The notes under the pieces are model-generated. The model saw only the letters and a program-made list of their open reading frames with translations. It made no database searches and was not told the origin of the DNA. Shown in pieces: positions 51,957-64,000 of a stretch of 64,000 nt of DNA (its first letter is position 1; each line of letters begins with the position of its first letter). The DNA comes from Selaginella moellendorffii. Its lineage: Eukaryota; Plantae; Lycopodiophyta. The DNA lies in contig NW_003314353.1 of NCBI RefSeq assembly GCF_000143415.4, forward strand, positions 534,371 to 598,370. The letters run 5' to 3'. A program made the translations under genes and the position numbers.

Positions 51957-52301
51957 GATCATCTTGCTGAGAGAGCTCTGCGGGGAGAGTTTCGAGGACA
52001 ACGACTCCTATAGGCTTCGATAGTACGCAGCAATAGCTTAGCGATTGCAGCTAGAACTGCAAAGTTGGCTCTTTCAAGAAGTTTCGTTGAAACGAAAGTT
52101 TGGAAGTTTGAGAAGTTTCTTGCCTGGCTGATAGGTTGCCATCATTCCTTCATCTTGGTGTTTCGGTATGTTCCATGAAAATGGGACTTGATTGCGATGC
52201 TGTCAATCCTGAATGTCAAGAGAAAGAATCAGAACTTCAGTGGATTTTAAATCACAAAAGAACCTTACCTATTGCTTGCGGAGAAGTTTGTGATGGAATG
52301 A

Positions 52302-53070
52302 ATGGACGCTGTCTGGAGCTCCAGCTCCCTCGCCAGCGATGTTGCTGTAGTGGGTTCTAGTCCAAGTTTGCGCTGCAGCAGCGACACCACCAAATGCTAC
52401 GCCGAGGCCTTGCGAAGATGCGGGAGCAGCCAGAACCTCTGGGAAGGCAAGAGGCTCCACTTCCTCCTCAAGTCCCGCGGCTACGATGGCGATACGTTTC
52501 TCGGGAATTTGCTCGTCCAGATGTATGGCAAATGCGGCGAGCTCGATCGAGCCCGAAGTGCCTTCGACCGGATAGTCACCAGGAACGTTTTCTCTTGGAC
52601 AATTCTCATCGCCTACTTCCAGAACGGGCTCTTCCGGGACGGTCTCGATGCCTATCAGGAGATGAAGGACGATAGAATGGAGCCGGACGACTTCATCTTC
52701 TCAATCGCTCTGGGTGCCTGTGGAGCGCTCGGAACTGACGCGCTCGAGGAGGGACGGGCGATTCACTCGCACTTAATCGTTGCATCTTCCACCGGAGCAA
52801 AGGCACCATCTTTGGGCAAGAGCAGCATCGTCACGACTGGCTTGGTGGACATGTATGCCAAGTGTGGCAGCGTTGAGGATGGTGCGCAAAGCCTTCGACG
52901 TGATGGTGCGCAAAGATATCGTTGACTGGGGAGCTATCATCACGGCCTATTCGGAGCACGGAGATGGAAAGACCACCCTGGAAATGTTTCGAAAGATGGA
53001 AACCAAACCAAACATGTATGCTTACTCCGGAGTGCTGGACGCTTGCTTGAGCTCCAGACAGCTTAAGTGA
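52302..53070 (+). pseudogene. PLS-class PPR gene, 5' part, frameshifted and truncated
   Basis: DTFLGNLLVQMYGKCGELDRARSAFDRI..RNVFSWTILIAY, LVDMYAKCGSVED; frameshift at ~52880, then KDIVDWGAIITAYSEHG; ends after few repeats. Confidence 0.88.
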
Positions 53071-55872
53071 GTTTAGCAAAAAGGTAAATAACAGTGTTGT
53101 GTTGCTAGGAGCAGGATCATCTTCTTCGCGGATGGCTTGCAATCAAGCTGATGAGGATCCAATTCAACTGGGTTGAGGAGGATCTGCACACATGATACGC
53201 TAGACATACATGTGGACTTAGGGGAGGAAGAAAGTATGGAAAAGCACTTGGTATGGAGGAAATACTGGAAAACAAGTTCCAATGCTCGGGAACTGTTAAA
53301 CTTAATTTTGACAGGTCAAGGGGACATATGAGAACAGAAAAGTATCCCTCCGGATTACAGCTCCTGACATGAAATCCTCCAGTGTTTCGTGCAAGACTAA
53401 GGGAGTGAGTAAGGATGGCTTGGAAAAAAGTCAGTGAAGAAGGGGATCCTGCCTTTGATTTTTCTTGGTCTTGTGTAAGTTGCTTTGTATTTCACCTTTC
53501 AGTTTAAAGACAGTGTCTCTTGCATATCACACTCTTCTCTATTGTTGCTCCTTCCTGGTACCTGTGGGATCAGTGTCATGAAACTCTTTCTTAGTTTTCC
53601 TTTCTGAGGAAAGAATCTATGTGTTTTAGGGTGTTGTAAGACACAATTACTTCTTCACATTGAGGGTGAAATAAGAAAACAATGAGAATTCAAGTGAGAG
53701 ACATTCCCTCACTTTCTCTCACTTTCCTTTTCTCTCCTAGAATCCCAAGCACTACCACTTTTGTGTGATCATCCTAAGATGCATAAGATAAGCATAATGC
53801 AAATTTGGATATTATGGATTTATCAGAGACACTATTCGTGTGTGGCAGACATTGCAAGATAACTGGATTAATGCAAGATACAGATGAGTTCATCAAGACA
53901 ACTTCAGATGAGCACAATTGAAGTTTGTAGAGTTCAAAATGACATGAAGAGATGAGCAGAGGGTGGCAATGGATATGTTTGTGTGTAAAGTGTGAGTAGT
54001 GAGTTCTATGATTTGGAGTTTGCTTTTTGCTAATACCAGCTATTATGAGATTGATGTAGTGTCTTGTGTAAGTCAAATTCAAAATTATCTTCTCATTTTC
54101 TCTCAGCTATTTTACATGTATAGGTGTTCTTGGCATAACTATTGGCTAAACAAATTCTTGAGTGTTTAGTGATTTAGCAACAACTCTTCAAAGTTGCTTA
54201 ATCCTCCCACTTAGAAGATGTTAGGGTTGATTCTAAAAAATGAGGTTACCAAGTTTTTGAAGAGATGGAGAATGACAATAGAGAAATGTGATGCTAAAGG
54301 TAATGGACTAATCCTTCAACATCAACATGGTGTTTGCATATGTAGCTTCTAAGCACAAAAGTGGCAAAAGGAAAGATGATGAATTATGTACAAAGATGCA
54401 AGACAAACCATCAAGTTAGCAACAACTAAAAATCAAAGCAACAAATGTGATTTATATTATTAGATATAATGCAAAACATCACGAATGAATGGACAAAATG
54501 TCATGTGGAACCAATGTCAAATCTGGTGATGCACAACCAAGTAAATTAGGTACTTCAATATATGTCACATTTATATCTTTTCTATTAAATGAAGGAAATA
54601 CTGATAATGTTTGTTTCTTAGGTAAATATGAAAGTTCTAATGATGGATCATGTTACTTCTATATACAAATGAGTGATTGATGTTTTCTCGACACTCTCCC
54701 TGCAGAGCTCTCTCAGCCTGTCGTCGCCAACCACGGCCAACGAAGGCAGCAGTCGACGAGCTTGCCGTAATCAGCAGCCCTTGGGCAAGTCATACACGAG
54801 ATGGTATACGGTGGTGATGATGAGAACTCCAACTCGATCACGGCAAAAGCTCACTTGTCTTGGGTGATGAGCGTTTGCAAGCTCTGATCGCAACTCTTTC
54901 GCCCGGGCAAAGACAGTAGACGTGGCAGTATGACACAGTGCCAACGCACTTCCCAGATTGTAACACCCCATGTCACAACGTTTTGTCAGCTGGATTCGAT
55001 TGGACTGGAGCTTCCAAGCCAAATTTGATAGATTGCCACTGCCAGAATCGCTGCTGCGCCTGCGCGACAGCCAAAGGGACAAGAGAGACCCTGTTGTTTG
55101 GAGCTTTGCCTGTGCTCCCCTCTCTCTTTTTTTCTTTTCTTCTTGGGCAATGGGTGATGAGAAATTGGATTTGAGCCATACATTAACATCCACATTACCT
55201 ATATAATCTCGCGACATTGGAGAGGGGTAAACCTGGATCAATGGGATTTAGGAGTTATATGCAAACAAGATTCAAAGGAATCATTGAAAAACAATGCCTG
55301 GCCCTGTTGCTGCGATGCCTTACCACGAACGCCTTGAGTTGACACTACTACGTTGTCCGGAAGATCGTGAGGTTCCCAGCAGTTGTCGGCCTCCTTTTTT
55401 GTGGACCCGTGATTCCACACCACCTTTTCCCCCTTTTTGAGCTAGCAATGCCCGCTCACAATTGCGATCGTTCGTCGGTTGATCCTGATACTAGCATTTG
55501 GGGCAATTCGATCGATCGATGACACAAAGCTCACTGGCGATCCTGTGCTCCTCTGAAGAGAGGATAAAAAAAAATCAAGTCTTTAAACGAAGAAACCACA
55601 AGGAAAACAAAAAATTCCTAGAAACTCTGCTGTTCTAAGTGGGATGGAGATGGATCCAGTGAAAGAAAAGTGAAAAGAAACCAAAGCGAAGGGAAAGAAC
55701 GCATTTTTACTTGTACACAGCTGCCGGCTTATCGATCGATCGACAACGAGGACGGTAAAATAGCCAAAAGAGAATGATCTGTCCATCGTCACGAACTGGG
55801 AGAGATCTGGAGGGAGTCTCCAATCCAAATCAGAGCAGTGAGAGCGAGCGAGGACAAATCTACGCACACCAA

Positions 55873-56263
55873 TGTAGGAGCAAATCGAGAGAGAGGAGTG
55901 GAGAGTGTCAAGAGGCAGGAAGTGTGCCAGGATCAACCGGCGAGTTGTTTGTGTGAGATTGCAGGTGTTGTCAAGCCAGAGAACCGGAGGAAGTGAGAGG
56001 AGCATGAGTCGTGTTTGAGAAGATTGTGTTGATAATGGATATTTGGGAAATTATTCGCGGCACAGGTGGTTAGGCGGAAAGGGGAAGCCATTAGCTGGGG
56101 GAATATTTGGAGGTTGGAACAGACGAGTTTGGCTGCGAGTAATGGAGAGGGTAGAGTTAGGATGGTGAAACATCAGCAGTTTGGAGCACCGAGGCAACAT
56201 CCCAATGCAGTCCTTTTCCCTGTTGTTTCCTATGTTCCAGTCATGGTGTGAGTATGGACTACA
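55873..56263 (+). mobile_element. Probable 5' LTR of a Ty3/gypsy element (TGTAG...CTACA)
   Basis: 5-bp inverted termini; the 3' end is anchored by the adjacent PBS. The 5' boundary is inferred and no second LTR is visible. Confidence 0.5.
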
Positions 56264-56266
56264 AAA

Positions 56267-56284
56267 TGGTGCGTTAGCCGGGAA
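56267..56284 (+). other. Primer binding site complementary to the 3' end of tRNA-Gly
   Basis: TGGTGCGTTAGCCGGGAA is the reverse complement of UUCCCGGCUAACGCACCA and lies 3 nt after the LTR-terminal CA. Confidence 0.75.
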
Positions 56285-59200
56285 CCTATCTCAAGTAGCA
56301 CAGAAGGGGCAGCCGCCCCTGTGGAAAGAGGAGGCTGTTGAGCTGACACCTAGAACAGGAGTATTATCAATTCAGTTAGGAAATAAAAGAGAAGCAGAAG
56401 CAGAGTAGGAAAGAAAGATACCTGAAACGCAGGGAATCAAGTACCCTGTGGAATAGCCCAGAGAACTGACACCGGAGCAGCCAGAAGGTTCGGAGGAAGA
56501 AGAGGAGTGGGGAAGGTTTCAGGACTCGCAACCCTCGGCACCCCCAGGTTCCCTGGAACCAGAAGTAGGGCCTTTGGTCTCGCCAAGTGGATCGGATTCA
56601 TCAAAAACTGAGACAACCCCTCCGTCCTCTCCAACCCCTCAAGCCCCTCTTGTAACTGCAATGGCTCAACCAGCACTATCAGGAGGAAGGGAAAAATATT
56701 CAAAGTTCATGAACCTGAGCAATCTAGACTCTCACATCACAGCCTTTGAAGTAGTGAGCACGGCAAATCAAGAACAAGCAGACGCACTGCTGCTGAGATG
56801 GTTTCCAACAACACTCTCCAGACCAGCCATGGATTGGTATGCACAGGTGACGTCAGGTGTGGCACTGGCATTTGTGACCTGGGATGCAATGAAGAGGGCC
56901 TTTTTGACTCAGTTCTGACCATTTGGGTTCAGCACCAGAATCACGGAGGAGCTCAATTTGATCCATTTGCTCCCGGGAGAGGATTACACCTGCAGATATT
57001 GAGCTCTCCTGCAGCGAAAGAACCCTGCGCCTCTTGCAGAAGATCAAGTGAGGTGTTACCTCAATGGCTTGCCATACGAAATCAGCTTTCATGTGAAGAT
57101 TCATCGGCCAACCGATCTCAATGCAGCGGTGGAGCATGTGGCTACCTGGGAGCAAGCGAGACTGGGATCAAGATCGTCGCTGACACCCGCGACTTACCCG
57201 AGTATGCTGGCAGGGGTGCAATACATGCCTGCGATGCAGACCACCCTTCTTCCAGCAGTGCCAGCAGCACCACCATTGTCCCTGCCAGTGACCAATTCCA
57301 ATCTACAAGGTTTTGAGGCTCAGTTAGCCAAGGTGAAAGAAGACGTGGTCGAAACCCTCACCAAGCAGATGGCCAAGTTGCAGGTGAACCTAGTGAGGGG
57401 TTAAGGTGGTGTTCAGCCTCAAAAAGTGGTCGACAGGCCGGAAATCTGGTGCGTAAGGTGCAAGGGGTACGGGCATTACCCAAGTGAGTGTCTAAATCCC
57501 CAAGCAGCTCATCCACAGTGTGGGTATTGTTGTTGAGCCAACCATACCACTGAGAATTGCTTTGCTCGGATGAGGGATATGCAGCAACTAGTTGGGCCCG
57601 CTATCGCACAGCCCATCTACCCCACACTTCAGTCTTCAATGGAGGTTCCGAGCTATTATGCTCAACCCCAGTTACCGGCAGTGCAGCAGGTGTCATACCC
57701 AGTCTATGCCTTGGAGCCGACCCAACAATCCGTGCCTCGGCCACCATCCTAATTTCCGGCAACCGGAGGTTGGGGTCAGAAGCCAAGATTACAGATCATT
57801 TGCTACCGCTGCCACGAGCAAGGACACATCACACCGCACTGTCTGAATCCCTAGAAAAATGAGGAGTATCGACCCATTTGTGGAATTTGTCAAACCCAGG
57901 GGCTACACACACAGGATCAGTGTCTATACCACTTGTAGAACACCAGTCAAGGAGTGAATCAACCACTGCCAGCAGCTGATCGGGGCAAGCGAGTGGTAGA
58001 TAGTAAGGCGATCTTTGTAGTCGCAGAGGATCTGCAAGAAGGAGCCGGCGTACCTACACTCAGTATGGAGACTCGAGCCAGATACAAGCAACAGGCACAA
58101 GGAGTGTACGGGGGAGATCCAAGCCAGGCTTTTGGTGAGGACTCGGAGGTGATCGCCAGGAGAAATCGCCGTGCCACCCGTGAGAAAAGAGTGGCGGAGT
58201 TTGCAGATCGCCAGTCACGAGCCCCATAAATGGAAGTGTCATTGGACGTTGGGAATGCTGGCGTGAACAGACCAGATGGTGCCATGCGCCCATCATTGCC
58301 AAGCCCTCAGGAGAAATCCAATTTTGCTCAAGTCCTGAGAAAGCGGGATTGTCAAAGCCGATCAGGCTGCAGGATCAGATCCAAGAGGTGAGAGGCAGTG
58401 TGAATCCCTGGAGAGCAGTGTATAATATTGACTGGTAAATACTGGTTTTTGGCCTTTTTTCTAGTCAAATACTAGTAATTTTAAGATGCTCTTATCAATT
58501 GCTAACTTTTTTATATCATAAACTTGTCATAGTGACTAGTAAACGTCAAATACACTAGTCAAATAGTTATTTACTTTTCTATACAACAGGTCATACATAT
58601 TCCATGCATATACCTAATACATTATACATGTCAATGTAAAATAAGGGCAAATGGGACAGAAGAGGGACGAAGAGGAGGACCAAGTCCTTATCACTGATAT
58701 TTCTACTGGGTAAGTAGCATTTAGAAAAAATGCTAGCAACATTACTTAGAGTGTGCTCTTTTTTTTTATCATAGGAGTGTGGGGCAAAAGAAAAGGCAGA
58801 AAGTGAGTAAAAAGAGCCAAATTGACTCTTATTTCTCACTAGTTTCTTCATGGCCAGTGGCTTTGGAACTGCTTATAAGAAGAAAAAAAATGTTGGGTCT
58901 TTTTTCTTCTTGTCTCGGTTGGCTCACTTGGATGAGCATCTTGAGATAGAAGAGACTGTTGTTGACTACTAGTTGATACAGTAGAAAGTGATGATTAAAT
59001 GAAGGTGCTTACTAGGAAATGGCGTGCTAAATGGGGTCTTGTGCATCCTTGGAGCAAGCTTGTGAGAGATCTATTAGAAGGATGAAGCTATAAAAAGGGC
59101 CTATGGACATTGCATGTGAAAAATGACTCAATGAAGAAGAGGAGAGAATTCCTCAGGTGATGAAGCTGGTTCACCACTTTGTGGTAGCAATTTTTCCATT

Positions 59201-61930
59201 GGACAGTATAGCTTCGGAGTTCCAGAATTCCGTCTACCAGAGGCACCAAACTTTCCTATAGGCAGCGATTATTCAGCATATGTCAATCCCGTAGCAGCAC
59301 ATGATTTCCTCGATGCAATTCAAGATGTGGTGCAACAAAGGCTCTTTGACAACATCAGGGAGAGTCTTTTCTTCTCAGTTTTGGTAGATGAAAGTACTGA
59401 CCATGGCTGTGAACAGCATTTGATCATTTATATGGTCTACTTGCTTGGAGGGAAGGAGCTACACTGTGACTTTCTGAAGCTTCTACAAGTGTAGAATGGG
59501 ACATCAGAATTGATCTTTGAAACACTGAACATGAATTTGAGAGTAGAGAACATGATAGCCTGTGCTTCGAGTATGGTGGGCCGTAACACAGGTGTGCTCC
59601 AGAGGCTGAGAATGATTTGTCCCAAGATCATTGGTGTGCACTGCGTAGCTCACCGAGAGCCAAGGATGGCTTTACAACCAATCAACCAATCTTTGACGCC
59701 ATCGACAAGCTAGCTCAAAAAATCAAGTCGTGGCTGGGGAAAAGCTCTTTAAGGCATAAAGAGCTAAAGGAGCTTTTACAGTCATATTGTCTTAAGGAGC
59801 TCAAGATGCTAGCAATGCATGATGTTCGTTGGCTATCTAGGGGAGAAGTGATGCAGTGGCTGGTGATAGCTATGCCTGCTTTGCTTGATCAGTGGAAAAT
59901 TGCAGATAAAACTCAGTACTCCAGCCTCACGACCATTCAGGTATGGTTTTTTCTAGTTAAAATTAGTGTAAGTTCTAATTTAAACTATCATTTTAGGTTC
60001 AGTTTTTTATTCATTTGCTAGCAGATGTTTTGGCTGAGCTGAACAAGTTGAACGTCCTTTTCCAAGCACAAATGACAAATTACTTGGAGATTGTATCATT
60101 TCTAGATATGACAATTGAAACTTTGAAGGGGCACAAAGGATAGCGTGAATGGAGAGCTTTCTTATGTCAAGGCTGGAGGGGATAAGTCTGTACACAAGTT
60201 ATAATACAAGCCAGTGGAGGTGAAGAACACTAGGATGTCAAGTGAACCTGCTCAATCTTCAAGTGTTGTTCCACTTGGTCTAGATTTGAATGCTCTAGGG
60301 ACAGTTTTATTGCCAGCACCAACTCCAGGTTCAGTAGCAGATTGTGTGATCAAGGGCCAAGCTTATGTTCAAGCAACAGTGAACACGTTGAACACCTGTT
60401 TTCCAGATGTTACCTTCTTCAACAGCTTCAAGCTATTTAGACCAGTGTCATAGCCTCAAGACTTTCAAGAGAGATCAACACTTACAAGAACATGGCTCAA
60501 TCGGCTACTAGAGACAATCAACACTGATTCAACCATGGTGAATATTGTTGCTTGTAACAACAAACTTGATGATTTTACAGGGTTTTTAATGTGGAGCATT
60601 GGAAACAAAACAATGCATGATGCTTGGAGCTTCTGTAGCACAAATGAAAGATGGTGGAATATGTTTCCAGGTATATATTTCTTATAAAATTTAACTTGCT
60701 TTATTATGGGTTTAATGAAGCTATTCCAACTTTGTATGGTTGTCCCTACAAATACTGCTTTATGTGAGCAAGGGTTTTCATTGTAGAACAATACTAAATC
60801 GAAGACTAGAGCCTTATTAAAGCTACATATGTTAGATGCGCTAATGATGGTGAAACTCAATAGTGAAGATCCAAGAATTATAAATTGGCATGAAGTATTT
60901 AAGGTATGGAAGAATATGAAGCAGAGGCAACCTCATACTATTGCTACTAGTTAGTTTTTTTATTTGTATTCAAATGACAATTTTAATTTACAAGCTCCTT
61001 GTCATGAAACTAGTAAAAAAAAATTTTACTAGTCAAATTTTTTTTTAAGTAGCTGGTCAATATTAGACCCTGGTGGGGAGAACGAAGACGACATTACCAG
61101 ACGGTGCTCAACCTAGAGACCAAGCCATACGACATCCTCCACAATTTGGAGAATCAAAAGCCAAGCATCACTTTTGCTCAGCTCTTGCAGCTGGCTCCAG
61201 GGTCACCATGGCTGTCAAGGAGCACTGGGAAGCAATTGTGAACGCAGCCTGGCCAATGATTGATCTGGATACACCTGTGATTGATGCTACGATTGTGGGC
61301 GAGAGGCTCTGAGAGTGTGTGATTGACAGGGGCTCAGCTATTAATGTGATGCCAGAGGCCATGGTATCCAAGTTGGAGCTGGATGCACCTACACCAATTC
61401 ATTTCAAGGTCCGCATGGCAAATCAGTTGCGTTCCAAGCCAATCAGGGTCATTACGGGAGTGAAAACCGAGATTGCAAGTTTCACCTTCTTTGTCGATTA
61501 TGTAGTGTTGAGAATGGAAGGAGGTACCCCGATGGATTACCTGGGAAGACCATGGCTGCGCCAGGCACAGGTGGAACAGAGCTGGAGGACCGGTTTCATC
61601 ACACTTGGGGATGGCAACAACACTTGAATGATTCAAGTTGCGATGAAGAGTAAATTGGTGGTGACTCCGATTGGACTGGAGGTTGATGCAGGGATGATGG
61701 TAGTGATACCACTTCTGGAACAGCCTCTGGACCGGAGGAAAACAATGTGTTGAGCATGATCAGCCAGTGCAGCTCTCTCGAGAATTGCTCATCAAGGCAT
61801 TCCGGTTACGAGCCTTTGGTGCTGTCCCCAATGAAGGAAGACACATTGAGTGAGTGCTTGCATCATTGGTCACAAGGAGGTGAAGTCGGGTGTGGCATGG
61901 TGAAGGTGCAATATGAGGGGGAGACTAAGC
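56285..61930 (+). mobile_element. Ty3/gypsy internal region (gag, protease), interrupted by a hAT insertion
   Basis: Gag: LLRWFPTTLSRPAMDWY...TWDAMKRAFLTQF, YLNGLP and CCHC knuckles at 57450-57925. Protease at 61319-61627: VIDRGSAINVM...VDYVVL...LGRPWL. Stops and frameshifts present. Confidence 0.88.
58416..61072 (+). mobile_element. hAT-superfamily DNA transposon (degenerate) with TIRs and 8-bp TSD
   Basis: TIRs cagtgtataatattgac / gtcaatattagaccctg (15/17 match); TSD ctggagag / gtggggag (6/8); subterminal (g)actagt(a/c)aa repeats. Transposase motifs FSVLVDESTD, VHCVAHR, DVRWLSR and dimerisation-domain VPTNTALCEQGFS. Confidence 0.9.
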
Positions 61931-61937
61931 AAGCTTG

Positions 61938-62940
61938 GGTTTTTCCTTGAGCACTTCCTTGGGTGGCCTCTCTGGCACCATGCTTACTCTCACCCAAGGC
62001 CCATTAGCCTTGGCTTCAACCTCAAGTCAGTTTGGAAGCACTGTTGGAGAGTTCTTTCAAGACTAGTTTCTAGATGTCACTATCCCTACTATACTTTTGG
62101 AACCCCTTGTATCCCCCCCCCAGGAGACACGCGCTTTGGGCTTTCACCCAATGACTTGCATTAGTATTCGGACTCGGTCTTGGACTTGATCTCGGTCTCA
62201 GACTCAATCTCAGACTTGATCTCGGACCCGACCTTAGACTCTGTCTTGGACTCCATCTCGGATCTTGAACTCAGTCTTGATTTTGGTCTTAGACTCGGTT
62301 TCAAACTTGGTCTCTGAGTCAGTCTCAAACTTGATCTCGGACTCGGTCTCGAACTCGGTTTCAAAGTTGGTCTCGGACTCAATCTTGGACTTGGTCTCAT
62401 CCGATGAACTCTTTATCATTTTGGTCTTGCTTTCGAGGATCCTTTAGCCTTCAACATCTCAGGGAGTTAGTTCTTTACAACTAACTCCTTAAGGTATCGT
62501 AGGCTAAAGGATTTATAAAATCACAACTGGAATGATAAAGAGTTCATCAATATTGAGTCTGAGATCAAGTTTAAACACCAACTCCGAGACCAAATCAAGA
62601 CCAAATTTGAGACTAAGTCCGAATCTGAGATTGGGTCCGGATCTAAGACCAAGTCCAAGATCAACTCCAAGACCAAGTCTGAATATTAATACAAATTATG
62701 GGGTAAAAGCCCAAAATGATCGTTTCTCAGGAGGGGTGGGGGATTGGTTGTAGAAGGTTCCAAAAATATAATAGAGATAATGAGGTTCAAGACTTAGTCT
62801 TGAAAGAACTCTCCAATAGTGCTTTCAACTGAGTTGAGGTTGGGATTGGGGGTTAATGGCCTTGGGTGGGAGTGAGCATGGATTCGAGTGCTGCTAGAGA
62901 GGCTACCCAAGGGCAACTCCCACTCTTGGAAGGAAAATCA
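61938..62940. mobile_element. ~1 kb fold-back (long inverted repeat) element
   Basis: Arms pair from the ends (ccttgggtggcctctctggca / tgctagagaggctacccaagg; ttggagagttctttcaagacta / tagtcttgaaagaactctccaa) to the centre (ggagttagtt-ctttac-aactaactcc, 62463-62488). Short tandem-repeat arrays lie inside both arms. Confidence 0.88.
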
Positions 62941-64000
62941 ATTGTAATATTCCTAACTCATATAGAATGGTGCCCCACTGGGCGCAGACCATATTTGAGC
63001 TCACAAGTTGAGCTTAATTTTCAATTGTAAATTTAGTATAAACATTATAAACTTTAAAATTTTAAGTTTATGGCTAACCTAATAATTTAATAACTCTCTA
63101 TATATTATATAGATAAAAATGTTCTAAAAAACACTTCTTGTTCTAATAATTTAAATATTTACTACATGCAATGATAGGGACATTTGTTAGAATATAAAAT
63201 AAAATATTTGCAAAAAGAGTATTCTTGTCACTTCTTTAAATTTGTACTCTATGCTTTCTGGCTAGTAAATGTCAGGTTTGTCAGAATTAAAAAATTAAGA
63301 TCAGTGAGAGCTCACTACTCTCATAAAGTATAACGAAATGCAAGGTGCAACCTGCCACCAAGCACAACGCTATAGAAGAAAGACACAAGGGTCACCTTTC
63401 TTAGAAAAGCGTAACGGCCACTTTTCTATACCAATTCCAGACTCTATTCAACTCAATTGTGTTAGCCCCAAAAGTCAGCATCCCTTTTGGGTTGCATCAT
63501 ACAAACTGCCTACTAAGGTTTAAGCCAACCAAAGTCAACTTGAGCCCCTTCACTAGTTTGAAGAAAATTTGTGGAAAATTTTCCATCATAGAGAAAGAAT
63601 GACTCTTAGTCTAGGAATATAAACCAACTTCCTCCTACCAACAACTTCATATATGTTCACCTCAACACAAATTCTTATGACCCAATAGCATGCTTAAACA
63701 TCGAACATTTTTGCCCATATAACCGACATCCAACACCAACATCTGCAAAATGCAAAGTGAATATTTAAGGCTTGATCATGAAGACTACATCTTTGGATAT
63801 CCATATTGCACTAACACTTTTCTTCACCTTCAAGATCCAATGTTAAGCCAAAATACTAACAAGAAAAATGACATGAAAAATCAAGTTCTAAGGAAAAATT
63901 CTTCATCACTCAAAATAATAATGCCACTTCCACTAACACAAGTGCTAGAAATGTCAATGCCTCAACTACACACCTTCTACATCCAACAATCTACTCCAAG

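Noticed and set aside
49000-53300. Helitron as carrier of the captured gene fragments
   Set aside because: No Rep/helicase remnant and no convincing 3' hairpin + CTRR terminus found by eye; left open rather than called.
54690-55870. TGTAACACCC at 54959 as an LTR start, and short ORFs nearby
   Set aside because: It does not form an inverted pair with the PBS-adjacent CTACA end; the surrounding sequence looks like an unassignable gene remnant.
62161-62753. Ser/Arg/Pro/Glu-rich ORFs
   Set aside because: Translations of the tandem arrays inside the fold-back element.
63300-64000. Minus-strand VYIPRL motif suggesting a Helitron PIF1 helicase
   Set aside because: Only one short motif, with no flanking helicase motifs in any frame I could read.

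Overview
Eukaryotic plant nuclear DNA. Very short (mostly ~50-100 nt) spliceosomal introns, tight gene packing and many PLS-class PPR remnants suggest a Selaginella-like lycophyte (inference). The window has two compartments. (1) A gene island at ~4.3-32 kb: PLATZ factor, RING-HC protein, RDR1/2-type RNA-dependent RNA polymerase, a C-to-T-eroded GDSL lipase pseudogene, a GT37 fucosyltransferase, three Bet v I/PR-10/MLP genes bracketing a U6 snRNA gene (absent from the ORF track) that is head-to-head with ATG10, then TRM5, a CCCH zinc-finger gene, plastid HSP70 and a nucleobase-ascorbate transporter (NAT). (2) A repeat/pseudogene zone at ~32-64 kb: PPR and copia fragments, a MITE, decayed Ty3/gypsy elements (one with a tRNA-Gly PBS, four Gag zinc knuckles and a nested hAT) and a ~1 kb fold-back element. 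Two items stand out. One is a frameshifted Crinkler-like coiled-coil + P-loop NTPase + putative restriction-endonuclease-fold gene (36.1-38.8 kb). The other is a patchwork locus (49-52 kb) stitched from gene fragments, including a copy of the NAT 3' end, with perfect snap-back hairpins at two junctions. There is a 348-nt assembly gap at 1789-2136. Family calls come from motif recognition by eye; no searches were run.
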